A stretch of DNA of 61,515 nt, the filler included. It is 4 parts of 4 records of this genome, joined end to end, with 100 filler letters (N's around TTAATTAATTAA, not from the genome) between each part and the next. Parts side by side here need not be neighbours in the genome. Positions count along the whole stretch, not along the records: positions 25,836 to 38,349 come from SRR2962707_3240; positions 38,450 to 48,192 come from SRR2962707_3242; 2 more parts are not named here. One strand, written 5' to 3'. Within the stretch, counting starts at the first letter, position 1. Every line of letters starts with the position of its first letter. Made by a program: the position numbers and the translations under genes. Of the stretch, positions 30,149 to 42,586 are shown piece after piece. The notes beneath the pieces were generated by a model, which was given only the letters and a program-made list of their open reading frames with translations, was not told the origin of the DNA and made no database searches.

Positions 30149-31804
30149 CTAGGCTTCTCTTTCAATACGCTTGGTAATGATGTACTGCTGTACGATCGAC
30201 AAGCTGTTGTTGGTTACCCAGTATAGAACAAGACCTGCAGGGAACCACAAGAAGAAGAAGGTAAATGCGATTGGCATTAGCTTCATCAAGCGGGCTTGCA
30301 TTGGATCTGGTGGAGATGGGTTCAACATTTGCTGACCAAACATACTTAGACCCATCAAGATAGGCAGTACAAAGTATGGGTCCATCACCGACAAGTCATG
30401 AATCCATAACATGAATGGTGCGTGACGCAATTGTACGGATTCCATGAGTACCCAGTACAAAGAAAGGAACACTGGCATTTGTACCAAAATTGGCAAACAA
30501 CCGCCTAGAGGATTGATCTTTTCTTTCTTGTACAGCGCCATCATAGCCGCAGACATTTTCTGACGATCGTCTCCGTGCTGTTCTTTTAGCTTGGCAATTT
30601 CAGGGCCGAATTTGCGCATTTTCGCCATAGAACGGTAGCTGGTAGCAGACAACTTGAAGAAGATGGCTTTCACACACACTACGATTAGGATGATAGAAAG
30701 ACCCCAGTTAATAACCACGGATTGAATCAAGGTTAGTAACCAGAAAATTGGCTTAGCCAACCACCACAACCAACCATAATCGACGGTTAGATCAAGGTTT
30801 TCTGCCGTTGCTTCAAGGTGATCTTCCAGTTTTGGACCAACAAAGAATGTGGAACTCAAAGTACCTTGTGAGCCTGGTGCGATTTCCACCGCTGAGCCCG
30901 TGAAGCCAACTAGGTTAAAGTCACCATTGGTGCGTGCTTGTAAGGTAAATTTCTTACCTTGCTCAGGCACCCAAGCGGTCACGAAGTAGTGTTGAAGAAC
31001 CGCTACCCAGCCTTTTTCTGAAGACACTTTAACTGGCTCTTCTTTCATTTTATCGAAAGAAACCTTGTCGTATTTTGTCTCTTCGTCAGAGATAGCGCCA
31101 CCTAGATAAGGCTGTAGCCCCATGCTAGTTGCTTTACTCGGATCTGGTGAGTTATCGCGTTTGATTTGACCGAATAAGTTACCACGCCATGTTTGGTTTG
31201 TGGTGTTATCAACGGTAATCAATTGACGGATACGGTAGTTGCCTTTAGTGAAGCGGAAAGTTTTGGTGTATTTCACCCCTTTCGCATCTGTGTAGTACAG
31301 GTTCACATCTAAACTGTCTTTGCCTTTTTCTAAGGTGTAAGACGATTTATCAGATTTGTACACTGGACGACCATTTGGCGACGCGTCAGGACCATCAGGA
31401 CCGATCAAGCCACTTTGTGTCACATACGTATGGGCCGCGTCATTTTCCAAAATAACAAAAGGATCAGGCTGGCCTAATTCTTTGGTGTATTTAAGAAGTG
31501 CAGCGCCAACAAGGTCACCACCAACAGGGTCTATCGTGACTTTAAGTGTATCGGTTGTTACCTCGATAAGCTTTCCTGGGGCAATGCTTTTTGCATTACT
31601 AGGAATCGCATTAACACTGGTGTCACTGCTGTGAACGGCATTAGGTAAATCTGTGTCTGACGAAGAGTTCGTCGCAGATTCTGTTTGAGTCGATTGAACT
31701 ACGCTTTGCTGGGACTGAGGACCATAGTCTTGGGTCCACTGTAAAAACAGCAGGTACCCACTGACAAAAAGCGCACCCCATAAAAAGTAACGTCTGAAAT
31801 CCAT
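30149..31804 (-). CDS. yidC: Membrane protein insertase YidC
   Basis: VDYGWLW, NWGLSII, NPLGGCLP, PAGLVLYW. Confidence 0.97.
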   Translation of the reverse strand: MDFRRYFLWGALFVSGYLLFLQWTQDYGPQSQQSVVQSTQTESATNSSSDTDLPNAVHSSDTSVNAIPSNAKSIAPGKLIEVTTDTLKVTIDPVGGDLVGAALLKYTKELGQPDPFVILENDAAHTYVTQSGLIGPDGPDASPNGRPVYKSDKSSYTLEKGKDSLDVNLYYTDAKGVKYTKTFRFTKGNYRIRQLITVDNTTNQTWRGNLFGQIKRDNSPDPSKATSMGLQPYLGGAISDEETKYDKVSFDKMKEEPVKVSSEKGWVAVLQHYFVTAWVPEQGKKFTLQARTNGDFNLVGFTGSAVEIAPGSQGTLSSTFFVGPKLEDHLEATAENLDLTVDYGWLWWLAKPIFWLLTLIQSVVINWGLSIILIVVCVKAIFFKLSATSYRSMAKMRKFGPEIAKLKEQHGDDRQKMSAAMMALYKKEKINPLGGCLPILVQMPVFLSLYWVLMESVQLRHAPFMLWIHDLSVMDPYFVLPILMGLSMFGQQMLNPSPPDPMQARLMKLMPIAFTFFFLWFPAGLVLYWVTNNSLSIVQQYIITKRIEREA

Positions 31805-31899
31805 GGTATTCAACTAATTTGTTTGGTTGGACAATGGGTTCGCAGAACCCTATTTAAAAATCACGCGCTATTAAACCAGCCTTTGGCGGTTTTTTCAGC

Positions 31900-32298
31900 T
31901 TATTTCTGATTCGAATGATCGCGTTTTTGATTAGGTGCTGCTTTTTTCGATTTTTTCGCCAATTGATCCCACGCTTTATCGAGGCGTTTGTGCAACGTTG
32001 GGTTGTCTAATTCTTTGATGCCCTGACGAGCTAAGAAGACAATATCGAGACCTGCGAGAGGGATTTTGTGATGGCGAAATGAATCGCGTACCAAGCGTTT
32101 GATACGATTCCGGCCTACTGCACGTTTATCCGTTTTTTTAGCAACGATAAGACCCAAGCGAGTTTGGTCATCATCTCGTTTTGTTGCCAATAGAAGGAAT
32201 TCACCTGCGAAGACTTTGGAGGAGGTGTTATTAAATACGGATTGATAATCCCCGGCATTCAGAAGTCTGACGTGCCGAGGAAAACAATATTCGGTCAT
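31900..32298 (-). CDS. rnpA: Ribonuclease P protein component
   Basis: RLGLIVAKK..KRAVGRNRIKR. Confidence 0.95.
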   Translation of the reverse strand: MTEYCFPRHVRLLNAGDYQSVFNNTSSKVFAGEFLLLATKRDDDQTRLGLIVAKKTDKRAVGRNRIKRLVRDSFRHHKIPLAGLDIVFLARQGIKELDNPTLHKRLDKAWDQLAKKSKKAAPNQKRDHSNQK

Positions 32299-32306
32299 CA
32301 GCGTGT

Positions 32307-32441
32307 TTATGCGCTTAATACCTTACGGCCGCGAGCACGACGACGAGCGACGATTTGACGTCCGCTTTTAGTAGCCATACGAGCACGGAAACCGTGGTTA
32401 CGTTTGCGTTTTAGAACGCTAGGTTGGAAAGTTCTTTTCAT
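32307..32441 (-). CDS. rpmH: 50S ribosomal protein L34 (absent from the ORF track)
   Basis: Manual translation [44 protein letters not shown]. Confidence 0.97.
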   Translation of the reverse strand: MKRTFQPSVLKRKRNHGFRARMATKSGRQIVARRRARGRKVLSA

Positions 32442-32579
32442 CTTTATTCACTCACTGAAGCAGTGTTTCAGTTTTGAGGGTTAGCCTTAGCCAAGCCTCT
32501 ACATTTGATTCAAAATCAGGGCGCGGATTTTAGAACCTTTCCTTAAGGAATTCAATCACTAGCTGCGCTTAATTGTTAA

Positions 32580-32895
32580 AAAATTAACCACACATTTCAT
32601 TAAATAGTTATGCACAGACTTTTTCCCTGTCAGTGGACAAGCATTTTTAACCATCCAGAAAGTTATTAACAGGTGCGTTTTTTTAAAATTTATGTGTATA
32701 AAAATCAAAAGGATAAGTTAAGTTATCCCTGTGAATAATAAATCAGAAAACACGCTGTTAATATGTGTATAAGTGCGGTGTTTATGCACACAAATAAAAT
32801 CTTATCTACTGCTGTGCATAACCTTACCTGTTATTAACAAATTTTTTATTTCATACAGAGAATTCGTCTTTTTCTATTTATGTGTGGATAACTAA
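32580..32895. promoter_or_regulatory. DnaA-box cluster, probable oriC and dnaA promoter
   Basis: AT-rich; perfect TGTGGATAA at 32883; near-consensus boxes at 32584, 32608, 32693, 32730, 32764, 32782, 32813. Confidence 0.8.
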
Positions 32896-32955
32896 GGTTT
32901 CGCGAGGTAAAATCCGCCTCTTATATCTGTCACTCAACCAGGGAGTACGTCTACA

Positions 32956-34512
32956 GTGTCTTTGGAGCATTGGAATCTTTGCCTGCAACGCTTGCAGGAT
33001 GAGTTTTCCACATCGCAGTTCAACACTTGGATTCGTCCGTTACAGGCTGAAATGACGCCCAATGGCGAATTGTGCCTACGCGCGCCCAACCGTTTTGTAT
33101 TGGATTGGGTGAGCAACAAGTACCAAGCGCGTATTAAGGAGTTGTTGTCAGAATTTGCAGGCAGCGACCCTTCGCCCGCTTTGCGCTTTACTGTGAAAGA
33201 GCAAAACTTTGCGCAAGCCAATCAATCTGCCCCGCCACCACCGGCGCCGCCAGTCGAACCTATCTCTAGCCCACTGAATAATGAAGTGGCCAACGAGTCA
33301 GGCTATCGCCCAGGTGTTGGCTTTGGTTTAATGGATGGTGAAGGCAGTCAGCACGCTGATTTAGAGTTTGAAGCCCCATTAACCTTATCGGGCGCAGGTT
33401 TACGCGGCCATGATTTGGAACCTTACGAGCAAGGTCAGCTACCGCTTACCGCGCCAAAACGTAAAGTAGAAGTGGAAGGTGGTATTAACCACGGCGCTAA
33501 CCTAAACAATTCATTTACCTTTGAGAACTTTATCGAGGGTAAATCGAACCAGCTTGCTCATGCCGCGGCGTTGCAAGTGGCTGAAAACCCAGGCGGTGCT
33601 TATAACCCACTCTTTATCTACGGTGGCGTTGGTTTGGGTAAAACTCACTTAATGCAAGCCGTTGGTACAGAAATGATGCGTCATAACCCGAATGCCAAGG
33701 TGGTTTACCTGCATTCTGAGCGTTTTGTCGCCGACATGGTAAAAGCCTTGCAGTTGAATGCGATTAACGATTTCAAACGTTATTATCGCTCTGTGGATGC
33801 ATTACTGATTGATGACATTCAGTTTTTTGCCGGCAAAGACCGAACGCAAGAAGAGTTTTTTCATACCTTCAATGCCTTATTAGAAGGCGGTCAGCAGATG
33901 ATTTTGACCTGTGATCGTTATCCAAAGGAAATTCAAGGTTTAGAAGACCGCTTGAAGTCTCGTTTTGGCTGGGGTCTGACCGTTGCCATCGAACCACCCG
34001 AGTTAGAAACCCGAGTGGCTATCTTGATGCGTAAAGCCGATGAAAGTGGCGTGAAGCTGTCTTATGATTCTGCCTTCTTTATCGCTCAAAAAATTCGATC
34101 TAATGTGCGAGAATTAGAAGGCGCGTTAAAACGCGTTATTGCTAACTCACACTTTACGGGTCGTGCGATTACCCCTGATTTTGTTCGCGAATCACTAAAA
34201 GACCTTTTGGCCTTGCAAGATAAGTTGGTGAACATTGATAATATTCAGCGCATCGTCGCGGAGTATTATAAGATTAAGATCAGTGATTTATTGTCTAAGC
34301 GTCGCAGTCGGTCTGTTGCTCGCCCTCGCCAAGTTGCCATGTCGCTTGCGAAGGAATTGACCAACCATAGCTTGCCAGAAATTGGTGATGCGTTTGGCGG
34401 CCGTGATCATACCACCGCTTTGCATGCGATTCGTAAGATCAAAGAACTACAAGATACGGATTCTGATATCCGTGAAGATTACAAACAATTGATGCGAATT
34501 CTGACCACCTGA
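32956..34512 (+). CDS. dnaA: Chromosomal replication initiator DnaA
   Basis: [32 protein letters not shown]. Confidence 0.98.
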   Translation: MSLEHWNLCLQRLQDEFSTSQFNTWIRPLQAEMTPNGELCLRAPNRFVLDWVSNKYQARIKELLSEFAGSDPSPALRFTVKEQNFAQANQSAPPPPAPPVEPISSPLNNEVANESGYRPGVGFGLMDGEGSQHADLEFEAPLTLSGAGLRGHDLEPYEQGQLPLTAPKRKVEVEGGINHGANLNNSFTFENFIEGKSNQLAHAAALQVAENPGGAYNPLFIYGGVGLGKTHLMQAVGTEMMRHNPNAKVVYLHSERFVADMVKALQLNAINDFKRYYRSVDALLIDDIQFFAGKDRTQEEFFHTFNALLEGGQQMILTCDRYPKEIQGLEDRLKSRFGWGLTVAIEPPELETRVAILMRKADESGVKLSYDSAFFIAQKIRSNVRELEGALKRVIANSHFTGRAITPDFVRESLKDLLALQDKLVNIDNIQRIVAEYYKIKISDLLSKRRSRSVARPRQVAMSLAKELTNHSLPEIGDAFGGRDHTTALHAIRKIKELQDTDSDIREDYKQLMRILTT

Positions 34513-34544
34513 TGGTCTAAGACGTTGAGTTAACGGGGAAAATA

Positions 34545-35642
34545 ATGAAATTTTCAGTTGTCCGCGAGACACTTCTTAAGCCACTTCAATTGGTGGCGGG
34601 CGTTGTAGAGCGCAAACAGACCATGCCAGTTTTGGCCAATGTCTTGGTGGAAGTAAAAGACCAAACATTAACCCTTACCGGTTCGGATTTAGAAGTGGAA
34701 TTGGTGGGTCATGTCCCATTAGACGAGTGTGAAGAAGGCCGTATTACTGTGCCGGCTCGTAAGCTAATGGACATCTGTAAAAGCTTACCAGACAGTGCCG
34801 TTATTGAATTTACGCTAGATGAACAAAAAGCCGTGATTCGTTCTGGTCGCTCGCGCTTTAGCTTATCGACATTGCCGGCTGATGAGTTTCCAAATATTCA
34901 AGACATGCAAGGCGACCTAACGGTGGCGATTCCGCAAGTGAGCGTGCGTCGTTTGATCGATCGTACGGGCTTTGCGATGGCCAACCAAGATGTTCGTTAT
35001 TACTTAAACGGCATGTTGTTTGAAGTCGCAGACGGCCAATTACGCGTGGTAGCAACCGATGGCCACCGTTTGGCGACGGCGGTAGAAGACGCTCACGTGA
35101 GCGGCGATTTAACGCAAGTGATCGTGCCGCGTAAAGGTGTATTGGAATTAAATCGCCTATTAAACGACACCGAAGAAGTGGTTGAGTTAACCGTAGGTTC
35201 TAACCATATTCGTGCCAAAGTTGGCGAATATATCTTCACTTCTAAGCTTGTTGACGGCAAGTTCCCAGATTATCACCGAGTGATTCCTCGCAATAACGAG
35301 AAAATCATCATCGCTGATCGTCTTGAGCTACGCCAAGTTTTCTTACGTGCTTCGATTCTATCGAACGAAAAATACCGTGGTGTGCGTTTGATCTTATCAA
35401 ATGGCATGTTGCAAGTGTTTGCCAATAACCCAGAGCAAGAAGAAGCCGAAGAATCCGTATTGGTTCAATACCAAGGCGATAATTTGGAAGTGGGCTTCAA
35501 CGTGGGTTACTTGTTGGATGTGCTGGGCGTTGTGGACACACAAGAAGTACGTTTGTCACTGAACGACTCTAACAGCAGTGCACTGATCGAAGAAGCGCAA
35601 AGCCATGCAGCACAATACGTTGTGATGCCAATGCGTCTGTAA
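34545..35642 (+). CDS. dnaN: DNA polymerase III beta clamp
   Basis: QDVRYYLNG, ATDGHRL, YVVMPMRL. Confidence 0.98.
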   Translation: MKFSVVRETLLKPLQLVAGVVERKQTMPVLANVLVEVKDQTLTLTGSDLEVELVGHVPLDECEEGRITVPARKLMDICKSLPDSAVIEFTLDEQKAVIRSGRSRFSLSTLPADEFPNIQDMQGDLTVAIPQVSVRRLIDRTGFAMANQDVRYYLNGMLFEVADGQLRVVATDGHRLATAVEDAHVSGDLTQVIVPRKGVLELNRLLNDTEEVVELTVGSNHIRAKVGEYIFTSKLVDGKFPDYHRVIPRNNEKIIIADRLELRQVFLRASILSNEKYRGVRLILSNGMLQVFANNPEQEEAEESVLVQYQGDNLEVGFNVGYLLDVLGVVDTQEVRLSLNDSNSSALIEEAQSHAAQYVVMPMRL

Positions 35643-35724
35643 TCTTCCTGTGAAACCGCTTGGCTTGCTTAACAGGTAGGCTTAAGCGGTTTTCTCTACT
35701 TCCTCCGAATAAGGTTTTCGCTTT

Positions 35725-36831
35725 ATGCCGCTGGTGCGTTTGGACATCTCTCATGTTCGCAACCTCTCAAGTGTGCGCTTTGAACCTTCACCCCAAGTTA
35801 ATGTCATTATTGGTGAAAACGGCAGTGGTAAAACCTCTGTTCTGGAAGCGATTCACCTACTTTCCTTCGGTCGTTCTTTTCGTAGCCACAAACACAAAAC
35901 CTATATCCAACACGAAAATGAGCATTGTTTGGTGTTCGCTCAATTGCATCAAGAGCACGGCAACCCTGTGCCAGTTGGCCTTCAGCGTCATCGTGATGGG
36001 CAAATTGACGTGCGCATTCAAGGACAGCGAGCTCAGTCGGTTGTTGAGCTCGCAGAGCGTTTGCCGGTGCAGCTTATTAACCCAGACGCGTTTCGATTAT
36101 TAGAAGGCTCGCCAAGTGTCAGAAGGCAATTTATCGACTGGGGTGTGTTTCATTTTGACAGTGAATTTATTCGCGCATGGCGAGGCTGGCAAAAAGCATT
36201 AAAACAGCGGAATACCTTGCTCAGACGTGGTAAAATATCCCCTAGTTTATTGGCGGCTTTCGATCAGGAATTAATCCGCCTCGGTGAACAGGTGAATACC
36301 TCGCGTAAAGCCTATGTTGAGCGCCTAACACCTTATTTTTTAACGGTGTTGTCATTGCTGAACGAAGACTTAAATGTCTCTTTGCAATTCTTCCAAGGGT
36401 GGGATTCGCAAAAGTCGTTACAGATGGCGGTAGAAGCCGGCCGAGAACGCGATATTGAGTTAGGTTACACGCACACAGGCCCGCAACGAGCGGATTTGCG
36501 TGTTAAAGCCGAGACCGGCGATGCCTTAGATACCTTGTCGCGCGGACAGCAAAAGTTAGTTGTGTCCGCATTGAAAATCGCCCAAGGGCAGCTGCTGATC
36601 GACATGGGCCGCCCATTGGTCTTTTTAGTGGACGATTTACCCGCAGAGTTAGATGCCAATCATAGGCAAAAACTGTGTCGTTTATTGGAGTCACTAAACA
36701 GCCAAATTTTTATTACGAGTGTTGGACCAGATACCACGGATTTTGCGTGGGCCGACACCACAGACGTTCGTCACTTTTCTATGAATAACGGCGAATTGTC
36801 CTTATCGAGCAAAGGTTTGCAGGAGAGTTAA
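35725..36831 (+). CDS. recF: DNA replication/repair protein RecF
   Basis: GENGSGKTS, SRGQQK, LVDDLPAELD. Confidence 0.97.
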   Translation: MPLVRLDISHVRNLSSVRFEPSPQVNVIIGENGSGKTSVLEAIHLLSFGRSFRSHKHKTYIQHENEHCLVFAQLHQEHGNPVPVGLQRHRDGQIDVRIQGQRAQSVVELAERLPVQLINPDAFRLLEGSPSVRRQFIDWGVFHFDSEFIRAWRGWQKALKQRNTLLRRGKISPSLLAAFDQELIRLGEQVNTSRKAYVERLTPYFLTVLSLLNEDLNVSLQFFQGWDSQKSLQMAVEAGRERDIELGYTHTGPQRADLRVKAETGDALDTLSRGQQKLVVSALKIAQGQLLIDMGRPLVFLVDDLPAELDANHRQKLCRLLESLNSQIFITSVGPDTTDFAWADTTDVRHFSMNNGELSLSSKGLQES

Positions 36832-38349
<1,518 letters not shown>

Positions 38350-38449
38350 NNNNNNNNNNNNNNNNNNNNNNNNNNNNNNNNNNNNNNNNNNNNTTAATTA
38401 ATTAANNNNNNNNNNNNNNNNNNNNNNNNNNNNNNNNNNNNNNNNNNNN
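38350..38449. other. Artificial contig spacer
   Basis: N44-TTAATTAATTAA-N44. Confidence 0.98.
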
Positions 38450-38479
38450 TCCCACTCTCAAAGAGAAACAGATTTTGAG
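38450..38479 (-). repeat. tRNA-Leu(CAA) 3'-half fragment, att-like site (cut by contig edge)
   Basis: Minus strand CTCAAAA-TCTG-TTTCTCTTTGAGA-GTGGGA: anticodon loop, stem, long variable arm, start of T arm; 25/30 identical to 48129-48158. Confidence 0.7.
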
Positions 38480-38901
38480 GGCGAATAAAATTCAATAAAA
38501 TCAGCAACGTTCCGAACTTTCGGCTGTGTTTTGGCGCTTATTTTTGCGTTTCTTAGACACATTTACGGAATGATTTCAGGCTAAATATAGATTCAAATGT
38601 TCAGTTTTCAAACCAGCGTCAACACCTTTTTGAAAAACTGAAGATCATCAACCCTGGCGATAGTCCAAGCTCTATGACCGAACATTCCAAGAATCCCCAT
38701 TTCTCAGGCTGGAGGCAACACTACGTTCAGGACCGTTTGTTGTTTTGCGATAACTGGAAGCGCTATTCCAATCATCATGGAAAATTTGGAGCTTCCTAAC
38801 ATCCAGATGAATTGCCAATAGTCTGAGCCCGCGAGTACGAAGTCAGATGTTCAGCATACTTCCACGAAAATCCTTCCATTTATCCGGCAAACTCTTCCTA
38901 T

Positions 38902-38920
38902 GCAAATGAGAAGCATTTCT
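38902..38920. promoter_or_regulatory. Fur-box-like site upstream of the ABC half-transporter
   Basis: GCAAATGAGAAGCATTTCT, 12/19 to GATAATGATAATCATTATC. Confidence 0.5.
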
Positions 38921-38959
38921 ATATCAATAAGCCTTAGTTTATTGATTGGAATGCGCCCC

Positions 38960-40705
38960 ATGCTCAAAGAGTTTTTCTCTTATTACCTGCCTCATAAGCG
39001 ATTGTTTATCCTCGACTTTGGCAGTGCTGTTCTCTCCGGGGTTCTTGCACTTGGCTTCCCGGTTGCTGTGGCCGGGTTTGTTGATGTGCTTTTACCAAAA
39101 CAGGATTGGCTATTGATCGCGTTGGCCGCCGCCGGGCTGCTGGTTGTGTTTCTGATAAATACCGGATTGATGGCGGTTGTGACCTATTGGGGGCATGTGC
39201 TTGGCATCACGATTGAGACGGAGATGCGTCGGCGCGCATTTGATCATTTGCAAAAGCTGTCTTTCCGGTTTTACGACAATCAGAAAACCGGACATCTTGT
39301 TGCCCGCATGACTAAGGATCTTGAAGAGATCGGAGAAGTTGCGCATCACGGGCCAGAGGATGTGTTTGTTGCCGTGATGACCTTCGTCGGCGCCTTGATC
39401 CTGATGTTTATGGTCCATACGCAACTTGCCTTAATCGCCATGACGATTGCACCATTAGTCATGTGGCTTGTTGTGCGGTTCGGTGGTGATATGACACGTA
39501 ATTGGCAAAACCAGTTCGGACGTGTCCGCGCCTTTAACGCCCGTATTGAAGAGAATGTAGGGGGTGTCCGCGTTGTCCGGGCCTTTGCCAATGAAGACCA
39601 CGAACGGACATTGTTCCATCACGATAATGAGCAATATCGCACAGTGAAACTGAAAGCCTATGCCATCATGGCGATCAGTCTTGCAATCAATTATCTGGGT
39701 ATGCGCATTGTTCAGGTGGTCATCCTGCTTGCAGGAACATATTACGTTGTCAGCGGCGGGTTGAGCATTGGCGGGTTTGTCGGTTTTTTGCTTCTGGTGA
39801 ATGTGTTTTACCAACCGCTTGAAAAAATTGCGGCTGTTGTTGAAACCTACCCCAAAGGCATTGCCGGTTTCCGCAACTATCAGGAACTGATGCAAACCGA
39901 ACCCGACATTATTGATCGCCCGAATGCACGCGATGACATTGCTTTTTCTGGCAATCTGTCGTTTGAAGATGTTGATTTCGGTTACAGCGCCGAACGATCA
40001 ATCCTGCACAAAATCAACATTTTCATCGATGCTGGCGAAACGGTGGCCTTTGTCGGCCCGTCCGGTGCTGGGAAGACCACACTGTGTTCACTGGTACCGC
40101 GATTTTACGATGTTACCGGTGGCCGTATCACCATTGACGGACATGATATCCGCGGCATAGCGATGAAAAGCCTTCGTCAGCAGATCGGCATCGTTCAGCA
40201 GGATGTCTTCCTGTTTGCGGGAACCTTGCGCGAGAATATCGCTTATGGGCGGCTTGATGCCAGCGATGCCGAAATTGCAGAGGCGGCCCACCGGGCACGA
40301 CTGGATGATCTGATTGTCAATCTTTCAGACGGGCTTGATACCGTGATTGGCGAACGGGGTGTCAAACTGTCAGGCGGGCAAAAACAGCGTGTCGCCATTG
40401 CACGGATATTCCTTAAAAACCCGCCCATTCTTATTCTTGATGAAGCGACCTCGGCCCTTGATACCGAAACCGAACGGGCCATTCAGCAGTCACTTGACGA
40501 GTTGGCAAAGGGCCGCACGACGTTGGTGATTGCGCATCGCCTTGCGACCATCCGCAATGCCGACCGGATTGTTGTCATCACCCCGGACGGTATTGCCGAA
40601 CAGGGCAGCCATGATGCGCTTTTGGCCCATGATGGCGCCTATCGCCGTTTGCATGAAGCACAATCATTGACCAACGGCCCGGGCAACACCCAAAAGCTGG
40701 CGTAA
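38960..40705 (+). CDS. ABC transporter, fused permease/ATP-binding (exporter fold)
   Basis: N-terminal TMD; GPSGAGKT, LSGGQKQR, ILDEATS, IAHRL; start placed at ATG 38960. Confidence 0.9.
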   Translation: MLKEFFSYYLPHKRLFILDFGSAVLSGVLALGFPVAVAGFVDVLLPKQDWLLIALAAAGLLVVFLINTGLMAVVTYWGHVLGITIETEMRRRAFDHLQKLSFRFYDNQKTGHLVARMTKDLEEIGEVAHHGPEDVFVAVMTFVGALILMFMVHTQLALIAMTIAPLVMWLVVRFGGDMTRNWQNQFGRVRAFNARIEENVGGVRVVRAFANEDHERTLFHHDNEQYRTVKLKAYAIMAISLAINYLGMRIVQVVILLAGTYYVVSGGLSIGGFVGFLLLVNVFYQPLEKIAAVVETYPKGIAGFRNYQELMQTEPDIIDRPNARDDIAFSGNLSFEDVDFGYSAERSILHKINIFIDAGETVAFVGPSGAGKTTLCSLVPRFYDVTGGRITIDGHDIRGIAMKSLRQQIGIVQQDVFLFAGTLRENIAYGRLDASDAEIAEAAHRARLDDLIVNLSDGLDTVIGERGVKLSGGQKQRVAIARIFLKNPPILILDEATSALDTETERAIQQSLDELAKGRTTLVIAHRLATIRNADRIVVITPDGIAEQGSHDALLAHDGAYRRLHEAQSLTNGPGNTQKLA

Positions 40706-40748
40706 GCCGGACCATCTGGTCAATCATCCTATTAGATTAAAAGCACCG

Positions 40749-41540
40749 TCAGACCATTTCAGTTTCACGAAGTGGTCTGACGACATGCATCAACGGACGA
40801 CCATCGACATCGATTGAGACACGGGTTTCGACCCGGTAAACCTGTGCCAGATTGGTTGGGGTCAGCACATCGACCGGCGAACCCGATGCAATGATTTTAC
40901 CACCATGTAGCAGGACGATCTGGTCGCAATAGCGTGCGGCAAGATCCAGATCATGTAATGCGGCAACCACCACACCACCCCGTTCCGCCAGCCTTTCGCG
41001 CACAAGATCAAGCACCACCATGCGCCAATGCAGATCAAGGGCGGATGTCGGTTCATCCAAAAGCAGAACATCAGGATCGCGCATCAAGGCCAAGGCCAGT
41101 CCGACCAACTGGCGCTTGCCGCCAGATAAAGTATGCAAAGGCGACAGCGCAAACTCGGCCAGTCCCAACCGGTGGAATATATTGTCGATCTCGTCGGCCA
41201 GTTCGCGGTCAGACAGATCAAGGTCAAGCGCGCGCGCCGTACTCCACATAAGTTCGGTCGGGAGCAAGGCAGACGGACTGGGCGGAGATTGCGGCATGCA
41301 GGCCAAACGATGATACCAGCCATCATGCCCGATATCGGCACGTGACCGACCATCAATTGCAATATGGCCATCGGTCTTTTTCTCACCAGACAAACAACGC
41401 ATCAATGTCGACTTACCAGACGCATTCGGCCCCAGAAGGCCGAGCACCTGATTGTCGGTCAATTCAGGTAAATCGACCTGATCGAGAACCTGTTGTCGGG
41501 CATAAAAGGCAGAAATACCAGTGGCGGTAAAAACGGTCAT
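40749..41540 (-). CDS. Iron-siderophore ABC transporter ATP-binding protein (FecE/FepC-like)
   Basis: GPNASGKST, LSGGKRQ, LLDEPTSALD, LHDLDLAARY; start placed at ATG 41540. Confidence 0.88.
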   Translation of the reverse strand: MTVFTATGISAFYARQQVLDQVDLPELTDNQVLGLLGPNASGKSTLMRCLSGEKKTDGHIAIDGRSRADIGHDGWYHRLACMPQSPPSPSALLPTELMWSTARALDLDLSDRELADEIDNIFHRLGLAEFALSPLHTLSGGKRQLVGLALALMRDPDVLLLDEPTSALDLHWRMVVLDLVRERLAERGGVVVAALHDLDLAARYCDQIVLLHGGKIIASGSPVDVLTPTNLAQVYRVETRVSIDVDGRPLMHVVRPLRETEMV

Positions 41541-42586
41541 AATACGCGCCTCCTCCCCGAAAGCAGGCCGATAAAGACCGGCACACCGACAACAGCCGTC
41601 AAAATGCCAACCGGGATGATGACGCCGGGAATGAGGGCCTTTGACAAAAAGGATGCACATGACAGGATCAAGGCCCCGCACAACGCCGATCCGGGAACAA
41701 GCAACCGGTGGTCTTCGCCCAGTAAAAGCCGGGCAATATGCGGTCCGACCAGACCAATGAAACCGATTGCCCCGACAAAACAAACCGCAAAAGCGGCCAG
41801 AAGAGAAACCCTCAAGATTACCCACAACCGCAATTTGCCAACATTGATGCCCATGCTGCGCGCATGCGCCTCTCCACCCCGCAAAAGCGTCATGACCCAG
41901 ACATGACGTAGCGAAAACGGCAGGACACAGATAAAGCATGCACTGACAAGGCCAACTTCAAGCCAGCCCGCACGTGTCAGGTTGCCAATCGTCCAGAAAA
42001 CGATCTGCTGGACGGCTTCGGCACTGCCAAGATATTGCAACCCGGCTGTCAGCGCATTGCACAGAAAGACCAGCGCAATCCCGAACAAGACGACCATTTC
42101 GCGTGCACCATTGGCCCATCGAACAATCATCAGGATCAGACCGCCTGCCCCCAATGCAAACAGCATCGCCATCGCCGGCAAGACAGCGGCTTCACCAAAA
42201 AAAGGCAAAACCGGTGCAACAACAATCGCCAGACTGGCACCAAGGACGGCGGCGGATGACACACCAAGGGTAAACGGACTGGCCAGCGGGTTATCAAGGA
42301 TCGTCTGGGTTTCAATACCTGCAAGCCCCAAAGCCGCCCCGACGGCAAGCGCAATCAAAGCATCTGGCAACCGCACATCCCAAAGAATGATCCGGTGACG
42401 GAGTTCAAGCTGCTCTGGATCAAACAGGCCGGTAATGATGTCGGCAAAACTCAATCCTGCCGGTCCGGCCCAAAGATCAAGCCCCAGCATGATCACAAGT
42501 CCGGCCACAAGCAGGCCGACGATAACGATACGGCGTCGATGGATGCTCCCGAAACGCTGATAAAGCGATACTTCCCCGATCGTCAT
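41537..42586 (-). CDS. FecCD-family iron ABC permease
   Basis: VRLP, NPLASPFTLGVSSAA, GAIGFIGLVGPHIAR. Confidence 0.9.
   Translation of the reverse strand: MTIGEVSLYQRFGSIHRRRIVIVGLLVAGLVIMLGLDLWAGPAGLSFADIITGLFDPEQLELRHRIILWDVRLPDALIALAVGAALGLAGIETQTILDNPLASPFTLGVSSAAVLGASLAIVVAPVLPFFGEAAVLPAMAMLFALGAGGLILMIVRWANGAREMVVLFGIALVFLCNALTAGLQYLGSAEAVQQIVFWTIGNLTRAGWLEVGLVSACFICVLPFSLRHVWVMTLLRGGEAHARSMGINVGKLRLWVILRVSLLAAFAVCFVGAIGFIGLVGPHIARLLLGEDHRLLVPGSALCGALILSCASFLSKALIPGVIIPVGILTAVVGVPVFIGLLSGRRRVL

Noticed and set aside
38675-38800. 41-aa ORF MTEHSKNPHFSGWRQHY... near the cassette end
   Set aside because: No RBS or recognisable motif; no integrase similarity that I can see
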